NCBI GenBank assembly: GCA_964016885.1 | Contig: OZ024740.1 | Coordinates: 198,710,001 to 198,774,000 of the forward strand | DNA: 64,000 nucleotides | Direction: 5' to 3' | From: Eledone cirrhosa | Taxonomy: Eukaryota | In this document: positions 40,199 to 53,566 of the stretch, piece by piece | How the letters are laid out: each line of letters opens with the position of its first letter | Numbering within the stretch: position 1 is the first letter of the stretch | Translations under genes and position numbers: made by a program | Notes under the pieces: model-generated | Told to the model about the DNA's origin: nothing | What the model saw: the letters and a program-made list of their open reading frames with translations, nothing else | Database searches by the model: none

Positions 40199-40820
40199 AC
40201 GAAGGAAATGTGGTAAGGAACCAGGTGGACCATAACGCACCAAAGTACTCAATACTTGAGGTAGTAGAGTGGGTAATAGGAACCAGTAAGACCCCGATAG
40301 CTGAGCTCAAGCCGTTTCGACGGCTAATTCTACATATACACATATAAATATACACATATAAATATACACACATTTATACACATATAAATATACACACACA
40401 TATATATATATAAATATATATATATATAAATATATATATGTATGTGTGTATGTATGTGTATGTATGTGTGTGTGTGTACGTGTGTATATATTTATATGTG
40501 TATATGTATCTCTATTTATATATGTATATATGTGTATGTATATCCCTTTATTTATGTATGTCTGAGTTGTGTGAGCGTGTGTATATGTATGTGTATGTAT
40601 GTGTGTGAGTGTGTGTACGTGTGTATATATTTATATGTGTATATGTATCTCTATTTATATATGTATATATGTGTATGTATATCCATTTATTTATGTATGT
40701 CTGAGTTGTGTGAGCGTGTGGTGGTGTTTGTATATATGCGTATATGTATGTGTGTATGTATGTGAGTATATATGTATGTCTATGTATGAGTATGTATGTG
40801 TGTGTATGTATGTATATATA

Positions 40821-40853
<33 letters not shown>

Positions 40854-40919
40854 TTATTATATGTGTGTGTGTATGTATATATATCTTTGTATATGTGTAT
40901 GTGTATATGTGTGTATGTA

Positions 40920-40982
<63 letters not shown>

Positions 40983-41063
40983 ATATGTATATATATATGT
41001 ATGTATGTGTGGGTATGTAGTGTATGTGTGTATATACATGAGTGTGTTTATATATGTGTGTAG

Positions 41064-41133
<70 letters not shown>

Positions 41134-41256
41134 TGTGAATGTATGTGTCTCTATATGTATGCGTGTGTGTACGTGTATGTGTATTTATATGGTGTGTGTA
41201 TGTATATGTATGTGTATGTATGTGTTTATGTATATGTGTATGTATATGTATGTATA

Positions 41257-41307
<51 letters not shown>

Positions 41308-41365
41308 GTATGTATATCGATGTATATTTTATATTTTACTTGTTTATATATATATATGTATGTAA

Positions 41366-41400
<35 letters not shown>
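39620..41400. repeat. Complex (TA)/(TG) microsatellite field within the element B 3' region
   Basis: Direct reading; includes a local duplication of about 140 nt at 40440-40720. Confidence 0.9.
40197..40331 (-). mobile_element. Element-A-family mini insertion nested in element B
   Basis: Reverse complement of the agaaatagccgtcgaaacggc...ccttcgtta unit. Confidence 0.9.
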
Positions 41401-41404
<4 letters not shown>

Positions 41405-42013
41405 CTTAATATATTTCTTTTTTCTTTTTCTTTTTATTTCTAAATTTATAGATACATTTATAAATAGGCAGTTTGCTGACACCGCTAAATACTGACCTCT
41501 TCTCCCCCCCCCCCCCCCACCTACTTTCTGTATCTGGATCTAAATATGTGTGGCAGTGTTTATGTGCGCGCATTAATGTCCATATGCTTATGATAATAGT
41601 ATATACACATATATGTGTGTGGGGGTGTGGGGGTGTATGTATGTTCGTGGTTGTGTGTATGTTTATGCGTATACGCGCGTGTGTGTGTGAATGTACGTAT
41701 ATGTGTGAGTATATGAATGTGTGTATATATTTATTTTTTATTTTTATATTTATATGTTTATATGAGTATACGTATTTTATCTGTAGATTATAAACATACA
41801 GAGACATTAGCCTTGAATTTTTGTATTTACATACATCTTTTCGGCATGCGTATGCATGTGAACATATATTTTTATGCATATCTGTGAACGAAGTTACTTA
41901 CATATATACACACACCTAACTGTATAAACTTTTTGTGTTTTCATTGGTCAATTTGAACTCTGTTCCCAAACAGACCTGTAATTTTGAATTGTTGTTATTA
42001 TCAATAAATATAT

Positions 42014-42167
42014 TTCATTATTTCTGAAGACGGCATATATATGTGTTGGTATGTATATTTAATTTTGATAGTTTGTATAATTTTGTATAATTTTGTACAT
42101 AGATCTGTTGAATATGCATGCCAATTCTAACACATATAAATCCTAGAAACGATCGTTAAATAATGAA
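42014..42167 (+). ncRNA. Type I hammerhead with very long stem II (element B)
   Basis: UUCAUUAUUU CUGAAGA [115 nt incl. AUAUGUGUU/AACACAUAU] GAAAC GAUC GUU AAAUAAUGAA: perfect 10-bp stem I, palindromic stem III. Confidence 0.88.
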
Positions 42168-42221
42168 CTTTTTTTGTTTAATATAAGGAACTGTTTCATT
42201 GTTTTATTCATTATTTTTTAA

Positions 42222-42269
<48 letters not shown>

Positions 42270-42591
42270 TGTGTGCGTGCGTGCATGTGCGTATGTATAT
42301 GCGTGCGTGTGTATGAGAAGAGTCCACATGGAAAAAACCGCATGTGAGCATTACATGTGGGGTTAAGGCTGTAGCTAGATCATCAGGAAAAGCCACTGCA
42401 AATTCTTTGTTTTTAGTAACCGGGTAGACAGATCGTTTCAAGTGTTCAGTTTGGTAGACGGCGATCTGGGTACATACTGGTGCGCACGCGCATATAGGCG
42501 CCAACTTAGATAGTCATATGTACTCAATGTCAATATGATGGAAGGATTCATTGTCCTGATTTATGTACATTCATTATTTGTTAAATTATTA

Positions 42592-42780
42592 AGGGCGGTG
42601 GATTGGCAGTATCGGTAGAGGGTCGGACGCCATGCTTTCCAGCATAGTTACGTGCCTTTACGATCTGAGTTCAAATTGCCGCCCAGGTTGACTTTGCCTT
42701 TTATCCTTACGGGGTCGATAAAATAAAGTACCAGTAATGCACTGGTTATTGCTGGCCTTGTGCCTAAAGTAGAAACAATT
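42592..42780 (+). mobile_element. Full-length SINE with TSD
   Basis: gggcggtggattggcagtatcggtag...gagttcaaat...gtagaaacaatt; attatttgttaaa duplicated. Confidence 0.92.
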
Positions 42781-43038
42781 ATTTGTTAAACTATTTGTGA
42801 AATTTCTGTAAAATTAAAGTAAATATGCACGTCCTCCTGTACATACTTTTGAGTATTTGCACACACATTAAATAACACCGGAAAATGGTGTAGTGTTCCA
42901 GGCAACTTACATAATGTTTTTAATGGATTATGAATGATAATTCCCAGCTTGTTATGCAGTCCGTTCGGGCCCCTCAGTTGGCCTGTGCGCACAGACCGGG
43001 ATGATAATCCATGAGAGTTGGAGGGTTGCATAATTGAA

Positions 43039-43082
<44 letters not shown>

Positions 43083-43847
43083 ATGCGTTGATGTATATCC
43101 AGCATCATCTACACAACCCAGCATATATATATATATTGATATATTCATTTATATTAAGACTATCAAGTAAGTCTTTTTACTCTAATGTTTTACCTGCTCA
43201 TCACAAATCCACAGATGTTGAATAAACAGAACCACAAGAGTGTGTTTATTCCTGCGTATTTACCGATCCCAAAATAAGAACTTGTAAAGTGAATCTTCAA
43301 TGCTTGAAATAAAAGCAATACAATAACAACACAGGAGATAATATACTAGAGATACGTTATAATACATTTTATATGAATTCTGTTAAATGTCATTAGATGA
43401 TTAATATTGGACCACTGATGAAATCACAATCAATATGAATTAAACGTAGTACTAACCGCGTGTTTTGGATACTCCTCTCTTAACGTGGCATCAGAAGAAA
43501 CCTGAAAAGGGAAAAACATAATTAACTTTAAATATAATATATTATTTATTTACGTTTTATACATTTAATGTTCCTTATTTTGACTTAACAATTTCCACTT
43601 CGTAATACAATATCTGAAATAGGGTAAGTGAGTTTCTGCTTACTTTATGCTAAAAATGATAGAACATTATATTTACTTTTTTGTTTAAGAAATGTGTCGA
43701 ATCTAATATCAAGATGTAAACAGGAATTCAATATTCGTATCAAAGTGTCGATATACAGTTCCCAGCCTACATAAAAATTATACTTAATGTGTGAATGAAC
43801 AGAGAAAAGCGTTCTATAACTTAACGATACTCCTACTAATAATTGGT

Positions 43848-44392
43848 TTGGCAGTATCTGTTAGAGCGTCAGACACCATGTTTTGCAGAATAGTTATGGC
43901 CCTTTGCGTTCTGAGTTCAAATCCCCCGAGGTTAACTTTGCCTTTCATCCTTACGAGGTCGATAAAATAAAGTACCAGTGGTGCACTGGAATAATCGGTG
44001 GCCTTGTGCCCAAAGTAGAAACATTGGCAGTATCGGTAGAGAGTCGGACGCCATGCTTTCCAGCATAGTTACGTCCCTTTACGATCTGAGTTCAAATCCC
44101 GCCGAGGTTGACTTTGACTTTCATCCTTACGGGGTCGATAAAGTAAAGTACCAGTAATGCACTGGGTAATTGTTGGCCTTGTGCCTAAAGTAGAAACAAT
44201 TATTAAAGTAATTGGCAGTATCGGTAGAGTGTCGGGCGCCATGCTTTCTAGCATAGTTACGTCCCTTTACGGTCTGAGTTCAAATCCCTCCGGGGTTAAC
44301 TTTGCCTTTCATCCTTACGGGGTCGATCAAATAAAGTACCAGTAATGTACTGGGTAATTGCTGGCCTTGTGCCTAAAGTAGAAACAATTATT
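43848..44392 (+). mobile_element. Head-to-tail trimer of the SINE
   Basis: Three units starting ttggcagtatc at about 43848, 44024 and 44212. Confidence 0.92.
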
Positions 44393-45584
44393 AAAGTAGA
44401 AACAAATATTTTATACGAAACGTTGTCAAATTCTTTAAAAGGCGCCTACAGTAGTGCGACTCTTCATTTCACCTGGAAGAGCACTGCATTATTTTCTAAA
44501 TATATTTGGGGTTCAAGAGAAATATGAGAAACGCTAAATTCATGAGTAATTCTAGATTAGATAATATGTCTTAGGAATCTGATATTTACATTTTGGTTCA
44601 GTACAATACTTATACGAATAATCGTTCTGATGTTGGGATACAAACAATTAAGAACTTATATGCAAAATAATAGTATTCATATTCTCATATCAATCTCATA
44701 TTTAATATGTTCAAACAACCAACAGCCTATATTTCAATATTGGTTGTTTGCTGTTTGTGCCTATAAACAGTATTAGCCTATAAACAGTGTTTGTTACGAT
44801 AAACAGTATTTGTAATGTATCGACCAAAGACACCTAACTGATTTTAAAAGGCAACGCCTAATAATATGAATTCCAAGAAAATAGGTGTAGATTTTATCAA
44901 AGTCATTTCGAAACCGATGAAAATCGTGGCATCATAAGACGGTATAGCTAAATAGATTTCTCGAAATCTAATTTATATATATATACTTAAAAAAAATGAT
45001 TTACCAGTTTCCAGAAATGAAATACGGACATTTCAATAAGTATTACTATCCTATTGCTACTGTTCAAATCTTATCAAAACTAAATATAATTCAAAACTGA
45101 TTTTATTAGAATCAAAGAATCCGAGAATACAATGATAATTGCATTCTATGAAATAAAGGAAGAAGGAAGTTGGTGAAATATATTTTTCTGTAAAGCCGTA
45201 AACGCAGAAAAAGTTCACAATGAGGATTTGAGTTAATAACATTTAAAAATAAACATAATAAAAATTAAAACTACCCTTCCCGATTATCTCATTTACGGGA
45301 ATATTCAAAATAAGTGTGTTCGTTTGGCAAATTTAGGGCAGCATATATACATATATATTAACGGTCGACCGATGTGATGGGGCTGTCTGCATTCGTTCAT
45401 TTACCAATCTTCGCCCCTATTTTTATTCATTCTTATGTTTGTAACCAAACAGGACTCTCTTTTTCTCAGATTGATATATTTATCTTACACCTCCGCGTTT
45501 TAATAAAACATGTGGTTTCTCCCTTTGTCGCATGTACTTGTAGACGGTTTTATGTTTTGTATATTTCTTCTTCCACTTATTCCT

Positions 45585-46460
45585 GAGATGGTCGTGGGGG
45601 AAGAGTCCTGAAGCACTCCTTCGTGTGGGTCCTGTCAGAAGCAACAACATCTCCAATTGATACGCCTGTATTCACTTGCAACACAAATCGAGCTCTTGGA
45701 TGTTATCCAACCATCTTGGTCGATGTCTAACCTTTGGTCTCTTGCCGACTGAGTTTACTCGTAAATTCTGTATGATTCGTTCCTCAGACATTTTAACCGC
45801 ACGCCCGTAATATAGGAGCTGTTATCTCTCAATTCAAGAAGTAGCTGTTGTAACTGGGGCGACTATCCGATCTCCGACCTACACACTCAATCGTGTAACG
45901 TTACACGAAAGACCGCTCAAAGAACCCCATTTGGACCGCTTGTATTCATAATCGTATTCTTTTGGTCATTATCCAAGATTCTTGACCACAAGGAAGGGTT
46001 GGCATGAGCACCAAATTGAAGATAGCGAGTTTGGCTTTTCCATCTGACTCCACCATCTGATTACCGGTTGCCGAAGATGGTGCATTACTGCACCAGTTCC
46101 AGCAATTCTTGCGCTTAATTCGGACTCCTGCCTTCTATCACTGGTCTACACGGCCGCACAATACTTCAAATGTTCCACCAGAGGTGAGTACTGTCACACC
46201 TATTCATTAGTTTCATGAACAGGATTGGAATTGCCGGGTTGGAATTGATATAACGACTGATAATTGTAGGATGAAACGGCTGGAATTTGCAGACGACATG
46301 GTATTACTTAACTCGTAAGAAGTTGATGTCCGAAATGCATTTGATTGCTTTGATGCCAAGTGCTTCATGGCTGGAATAAAAATCAATGCTGCGAATATTT
46401 AGACACTCGTCGCTTCGAGGAAGCCTGCGTAGTTCATTCTACATGTAAATGGAGTTCCAC
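45585..46460. mobile_element. Decayed RTE LINE fragments (minus 45585-46190, plus 46260-46460)
   Basis: Minus strand resembles the RTE 3' end at 18.6-19.05 kb; plus strand reads RLEFADDMVLL. Confidence 0.75.
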
Positions 46461-47397
46461 AAGTCTTGTATATTTGGATAATTAATTAATTGATTAATTG
46501 GTCGATTGTTTAATTAACTAAGATTGACCCACTGATGAATGTTCTTATCGTGGTGCGCTAATTATCCATTTAATTCAGGAAATTATCGCGCTTCTCAGAT
46601 GCCAGGATCAGCAGCTGTCTGACTATGCTAGTGAACAATGTATTGCAAATCTAAAGTACAAAATGTTTCATTGTTCTAACTGATTTTGTGCTCTATGTTT
46701 TTTATAATATGAGATGTTTAAATTGTTTTACCAATATCGGTAACTTGTCTATTTCTGAAATTTTAGCACCTTTATATGCAGGTATTATCTTGTCAGCATA
46801 TAAGTGTACAATCTTTTTGTATAATGATATTTTCATTATAGGCGGCGAATTGGCTCAATCGTTAGAAATTCGGATAGAATGCTTTATGGTATGCAATACG
46901 GCCCTCTGTTCCCTGAGTTCATTCCTACGATGACTCAACCACCTTCAACTTCTTCTCTGCAGTCTACGCCTTACATCCACTACGATTGTTATTACTTTCT
47001 GAACTCACTTTCTGTACTCTTATATTCTTTTTCTCCCTTATCTCCCTTTATATTTAAACTTTTTCATATGTATGTATTTTCGTTATCCCCCCCCCCCCTA
47101 CTTTCTACCTTACCCTTTACATACCCACCTTTTTTATTTATAGATATTTATTTCTGTGTGTATGTATGTGCTGTGTATATGTGTATATATGTATATATAT
47201 ATATGTGTATATAATTTTATATATATCTGTATGTATATGTATGTGTGTATATAATTATATATATCTGTATGTATATGTATGTGTGTATATATATATATAT
47301 GTATGTGTGTGTGTATTTATTAAGGTGGTGACGTAACTTGTTGTATATATGTGTATTTTTTTTATATATATGTATGTGTTTTTATATATTAAAAAAT

Positions 47398-47451
47398 AAA
47401 ATCGCCGTCGAAACCGCTTGAGCTCTGCCGTCGGGGTCATACTTTTTCCTA
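47398..47451 (+). mobile_element. Short arm of an element-A-family mini insertion
   Basis: gccgtcgaaaccgcttgagctctgccgtcggggtcatactttttccta then (TA)n. Confidence 0.85.
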
Positions 47452-47453
47452 TA

Positions 47454-47498
<45 letters not shown>

Positions 47499-47762
47499 GT
47501 ATATATGTGTGTATTTGTATGGTTGTGTGTGTGTGTGTGTGTGTGTGTATATCTGTATGTGTATGCATAATTACCTACAGTGTGATTTAATGTTTATTTT
47601 CATTGATTATTTGCTCCAGGAATTGTTGAGTGGTCTAAATCAGCTATACACATTTATCTATTTATTTATTTATTTATTTATTATTTGTCGTATTCCCAAC
47701 TATTTGTTTATCCCTTCAACCTCTCTATATTTATATATATATATAATATTTATGTATTTTCT

Positions 47763-47793
<31 letters not shown>

Positions 47794-47798
47794 ATGTG

Positions 47799-47847
<49 letters not shown>

Positions 47848-48217
47848 ATATGTATATGTTTGTATATATATATATATGTATATGTGTGTGTATGTGTGTA
47901 TGTATATATTTATATGTATGTGTATGTGTAAATGTGTGTATTGCTTACCACGTGTGTTTGTTCATTTGTTTGTGTCCTGTATCCTGTATCGCTGTCAACT
48001 TTATAATAATTTTTATTTTTATATTTATGTGACGGCCTATTGCATTATATGGTCGTCAATTGTTTTTTATTTTTATTTTTATTATTATTTTTGCTCATAA
48101 TTAATTGTGTGTGCGTACGTGTGTGTACATACATATATATTTGTGTGTGAGTATGTATGCGTGTATATAAGTGTGTATGTATGTGTGTGTATGTACGTGT
48201 GTATATGTGTATGATTA

Positions 48218-48293
<76 letters not shown>

Positions 48294-48329
48294 ACAATAT
48301 ACATATATATATATACATATATACATATA

Positions 48330-49115
48330 TCAATCAAACATCCTAATCACCGTTTTGTAACCACGCTCACCAACAACACCTGGCAACTCCGTGAACGCAA
48401 CCAACAGTTCACCTTAAAATAGGATATACTTCCAGCGAAAGTGCATATCGGAGTGGATTGAAGTACTGCAGGTTATGTAACCTTGAACTCTTTTACATAT
48501 TAAAATCCCAAAACAAACTACTTAACGATAGAATTGAACGATCATTATACTGCAACCACAAACTAAAAGCTAAATTCTCTCACTATAAAATAACTTAACA
48601 TTCGAACCCGTAACTATAACATCGCTTTCTTGCTAACCACCTTCTCTTCCCCCACACTACAAGACAATACACTGCTTATCACTATAAATGGTAACCCAGT
48701 GCAATTCATAGATTACTACTACAAACCCAAAGTTCACTCACCACATAAACTTAGTCTGTCCCCTCTCTACCTCTCTCTCTACATCCATTACACTCTCTCT
48801 CTCGCCTTTGGCCTACATCCCTCCCCACATCTATGAACCTGCCTTCTGGGGCAATAAATAATTCCGACCTTAACTATCAACGCATCTCTCCAAAAGTAAC
48901 CAGTATAATAAAACCCCACTTAAGGGTATTTACATTGTACAATTTACCACTCTGCTCTGAGGATGCAGTAGTCACAGCATTGGATATTTGAGTTCTGCAT
49001 ATACTTGTAAATTTGCACATAGCATAACTAGGCTATAGTACTACCGTGGAAACATTTGTAAGCACACGGAATAAATTACCATTTTTGATGTCTGCCTGTT
49101 ATTATTCATTCTTTA
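48330..49115 (+). mobile_element. Penelope-like element C: GIY-YIG C-terminal remnant + 3' region with hammerhead
   Basis: [42 protein letters not shown] align to the element B ORF end; (TA)n flanks. Confidence 0.85.
48953..49064 (+). ncRNA. Type I hammerhead with long stem II (element C)
   Basis: UGCU CUGAGGA UGCAGUAGU...ACUACCGUG GAAAC AUUU GUA AGCA. Confidence 0.8.
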
Positions 49116-49141
49116 TATATACATATATATATATATATATA

Positions 49142-49893
49142 TTGGAAAATGTGTGTAATCCTTGGTACAGTTAGGTATATTAAGACAGGGGGAAGAAAAA
49201 ATGGCTTCACTTGTGCTTTCAACAAATTTATTTTCTTCACAAAATCCAAAAAGAATTTTTCTTAAAAAAAATTATTTTATAAATTAAGTTGTTGGTTGTT
49301 GGTTAGGTCTTAGGAGTTCTTGGTTAACATAGGAGGTATTGTTTCGTTTTTAGAAAGACCTTTCACGCTGAGGTGCGCTTGTCAAACTGATGTGTATGTG
49401 GTGTGTTGTTCTATATATAGGGATTTAACATGTATGTGGTGTGGTGGGGGTTTCTTTTCTCCCCCTTTAATAAGTGCATGGGTGTAGGTGTGTTGAAAAA
49501 GTGTTCATAGCAGTAATGAGTTGAGACGGTGAGTAGGGTTGGGTGGGGAGAAATGTAGCAAGCGCGGCCTGCCCCAGTCATTCTCGAAAAATTCCTTTAT
49601 TCAGTGGAAAAAGCTTTTAGTATTGCTTTTGTGTTGAGAATGGTCACAGGCAAATCGCACCTGTCAAGTTTGTGAATAATTATTTTTTTCTTGTTTTCCT
49701 GAAGAATTTTTCTACGTCCATCCCAAAGTTAGTCCTTTGTTCAACACACACATATGTGCGCATATACGTACATACATACACGGGCATATGTAGGAATAAA
49801 ATAATTTTTTTTAAGAAAAATTCTTTTTGGATTTTGTGAAGAAAATAAATTTGTTGAAAGCACAAGTGAAGCCATTTTTTCTTCCCCCCTGTC

Positions 49894-49900
<7 letters not shown>
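49142..49900. mobile_element. Two-armed non-coding element with about 100-nt inverted repeats
   Basis: 49178-49280 is the reverse complement of 49796-49899; (TA)n flanks; weak decayed HHR-like motif (UUGACAA..GAAA) at about 49345-49392 minus. Confidence 0.7.
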
Positions 49901-49944
<44 letters not shown>

Positions 49945-50036
49945 GTGTGTGTGTGTGTTTGTGTGTATGTGTATGTATGTATATGTATATATATGTGTAT
50001 GTATGTATATGTATATATATATATATGTATGTGTAT

Positions 50037-50088
<52 letters not shown>

Positions 50089-50422
50089 GTATATATGTGT
50101 GTATGTATATGTGTGTGCGCGCTTGTGTGTGTGTGTGTGTGTGTGTGCATGTGTGTTTATCTACTTTTATACTTATTCTTTTTCCTTTTCTTCTTCCTTT
50201 TCCAGCCTCACTTTCATATAGATTATATTTTTGTTTTTAAAATCCAGTCAATAAATACACCAGGATTTTTTCATTCTGATGCCTGAAAGCAAATTTTGTT
50301 TGCTTTCAAGAAACCACTGGTAAATGAAATAATTATCTTATGTTGTTTATCACATAACTATTAAGCTCTGTAATCTACATAGAACCCTCTTTCTTCCTGG
50401 ACCTTTCCTACGGAATTATTTC

Positions 50423-50494
<72 letters not shown>

Positions 50495-50495
<1 letters not shown>

Positions 50496-51060
50496 TAGAT
50501 AGATAAATCTACCAAAATATACGGTAGTGTCCAATCCGTATGAAGAACTCAATGTAATCCAAATATAGAAGATATCATGAAAAGAGAAGATGCATTCGAA
50601 AATTTACGATCAAAGTCATAGGAAAACAGAGTCAAGATAAATTAATACAAACAATGAAATAAAAACAAAGAACAAGTTCCTTATATCAAAAAATTCATCA
50701 TTTTATGATCGTTTCTGCGATGTATGTGTGTGTTGGTATGTATATGATGTTTACATTCTATGTAAAAATATTACAAATTATCAGAGGAAATATACATACC
50801 TTCACATATAAATGCCGTCCTCAGAAATGATGAGATTTGTTTATTGAAAAAACAAAGAATTAATATAAAGAGTCTGTTTGGGAACAGGTTTTGAATTTAC
50901 CAATAGAAATGAGTTAGAAGTCAAGTTGATAGAATAAAAGAGTAGAAATTAAATCTAGGAGTGAAGGGGTGCAGATTTATGCTTTGAATGAAAAGAATAC
51001 TATGGGGAGGAGACAGATGGAGGTTAAAATGAGTTCAAGCCAAGAAGATAGTGATCAGAG
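50495..51060 (-). mobile_element. 3' region of a Penelope-like element related to element B
   Basis: Tail tagataaatctacc...aactcaatgtaatcc is nearly identical to 37558-37620; homologous to 41940-42200. Confidence 0.85.
50695..50833 (-). ncRNA. Long-stem-II type I hammerhead
   Basis: UCAUCAUUU CUGAGGA ... GAAAC GAUC AUA AAAUGAUGA: 9-bp stem I; one stem III mismatch. Confidence 0.8.
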
Positions 51061-51285
51061 CAAACAACACGGACACTCTATCTCAAAATTATTTTTGAAA
51101 AGCATTTAGAAATGCGCAACCGGTAAAAACTTAAAAACTTAAAACCACAACTGAATACTAACCCATACAGTCACTAATACTCTTTTATTCCTAATTAAAC
51201 CATTTTTCAACTGTGAACAATTTGTCAGCATTTTCTATTCCGTTTACCAATATATACTAACTTGTGTGTTACACCTCTATTCTTT

Positions 51286-51350
<65 letters not shown>

Positions 51351-51358
51351 AGATAGAT

Positions 51359-51465
<107 letters not shown>

Positions 51466-51778
51466 GATAGGCGCAAAAGGGGCAATTTCAAAGCAGTAAT
51501 TTGGCTTGGAAAGTAAATGCTTAGATTTTATAATTACCCTCTTATAAATCTGGCTGAGAACTTCAAAACTAAAGTTAAAATTACCAAATCCCCCTTCTCT
51601 GCTATTTTATTTTAAGTATTGAATGACTATCTCTTACTGGCCGCCATTGAAGTCTTAATGCCGCTCAGTGTCTAAGAGGCTCTCAGCCAATATTTTGAAG
51701 GAGAAGTTTTACGTTGGTTGTGACGTTTCATGTTCTTTACTGATAATATCAAATGAAATGTTGAGATATGAAACGAAT

Positions 51779-51910
51779 AATTGTTTCTACTTTAGGCACA
51801 AGGCCAGCAATTACCCAGTGCATTACTGGTACTTTATTTTATCGACCCCGTAAGGCTGAAAGGCAAAGTAAACCTCGGCGGGTTTGAACTCAGACCGTAA
51901 AGAGACGTAA
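51779..51910 (-). mobile_element. 5'-truncated SINE with TSD
   Basis: Consensus 3' two-thirds; agatatg(a/g)aacgaataa duplicated. Confidence 0.9.
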
Positions 51911-52166
51911 GATATGGAACGAATAATAAACCGAAGTCATATGCCGAAAGTGATAGTGCTCTATATTCTAGGCGCAACTCTATGGTTAAAAAGTAAGCTT
52001 TTCACTTATGTGATTTTGGTTTAGATCACGGCTTTTCTTGTGGTAATGTATAATGCATGGTTACACACACACAAGCACGCCCCCCCCCCCTTCACATATA
52101 TATATATATATTTATATATGTATATAATAAATAAGTATATACATATATATATATATATATGTGTGG

Positions 52167-52202
<36 letters not shown>

Positions 52203-52970
52203 GTGTGTGTGTGTGTACTTATGTATGCAAAAAAGGACACAAGAGTACGATTCAGCGCAATAAAGATATATATTAGTTAAACGAATGATGTAGAAAGAAA
52301 AGATTTCGGTCGTTAGTCCTTCATAAGAAGTTAGATAGAGAGGTAGAAGAAGAAGTAGAAAGTTAGGCATGAGCAAGAAGAGGAAGAAATGGAAGAAGGA
52401 TTTTACGGGAGGGAAAATTCATGTATTTTCTGCAGCCATTGTTGGGGTAGTGCAGTACAGAATGCAGCTTAGATAGAATACGGTTTTAAAACGGATAAAA
52501 TACTTGTGTGTGCTACCGAGCGTGTGCATGTGCATGTCTGGGTGTGTGTCTGTGTGTGTGCTTGCGACTGTATGTGTGTGCCTATGAGTGCGTAGGTATA
52601 TATGTGTATGTGTGTATGCGTGTGTGTTTATATTCGTACACACACATATGAGATGTGTGTAAACTTATGCGAACACGAACAGGCACACACTCACTCACAC
52701 AAGTTGAGGCGATCTTAATGTGGTAAACGGAAAGGAAGATGGAGGCACATGCGTATATATCGCCACATCCCATATCACGGGCAGAGATACCACAAGACGC
52801 TAAGTGCCACCGCAGACGACCGAAATATAAATCGGTAACTTACGCCGTGAACTAGGATTGCTGTTAGCGATTCATGCTCCAGACAGTAATATAAGTTCGT
52901 CCTTACATTCCAACCAGCAAAGCAATGAAGGAAAGTCAGAAATAGTACATATTAAATGGAACTAGGACAA

Positions 52971-53366
52971 CGGTGTGTGAATTGGCTGTATCGGTAGAGG
53001 GTCAGACATAATTTTCAGCATAGTTACGTCCCTTTACGATCAGAGTTCAAATCCTGCTGAGGTTAACTTTGCCATTCATCTTTACGGGGTCGATAAAATA
53101 AAGTACCAGTAATCTACTGGATAATTGCTGGCCTTGTGCCAAAAGTAGAAATATTTATATAATGTATATTAGTAATTTAACCAGATAAGGCGCGCGTTCA
53201 AGGATATTTAGCAACCATTATCATTTTCAGCATAGTTACGTCCCTTTACTATCAGAGTTCAAATCCTGTCGAGGTTAACTTTGCCTTTCATCCTTACCAG
53301 GTCGATAAAATAAAGTACCAGTAATGAACTGGGTGATTGCTGGCCTTGTGCCAAAAGTAGAAATAA
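52971..53366 (+). mobile_element. Two SINE copies (52971-53152 full, 53226-53366 truncated)
   Basis: Match to the SINE consensus. Confidence 0.88.
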
Positions 53367-53500
53367 TTATCTTTTTTGTCCAAATTATCAGGTAACTATT
53401 AATACACTTTAATGATTTAGGGAAAAATATTAATATAAGTAAAACATGAATAAACAGACTATGAGTAATATATCTTTTGTAATACATATACATTCTTAAA

Positions 53501-53563
<63 letters not shown>

Positions 53564-53566
53564 TTC

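Larger units (their letters stand above)
37558..42230 (+). mobile_element. Penelope-like element B (Naiad-type), truncated to the endonuclease half, with a long microsatellite-filled 3' region and a short inverted arm
   Basis: GIY-YIG ORF; HHR at 42014; 37689-37727 is the reverse complement of about 42193-42231; (TA)n flanks. Confidence 0.88.

Noticed and set aside
39624-41409. Many 60-220 aa ORFs rich in YI/CV/HT (also near 12.3, 20, 26.7, 32, 47.5 and 50 kb)
   Set aside because: Translations of (TA)n, (TG)n and (CA)n microsatellites, which lack stop codons
42592-42680. tRNA-like A-box/B-box sequences
   Set aside because: These are SINE heads; no cloverleaf, and the body continues into the repeat consensus
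43408-43470. ccactgatga...taaac hammerhead-like motif
   Set aside because: GAAA is absent and stem III cannot be closed convincingly
49178-49899. Interpretation of the inverted repeats as MITE terminal repeats (also 8600-9215 and 24180-26640)
   Set aside because: Arms are unequal in length, show no clear TSD and in several cases carry hammerheads or RT remnants, which fits Penelope-type inversions better
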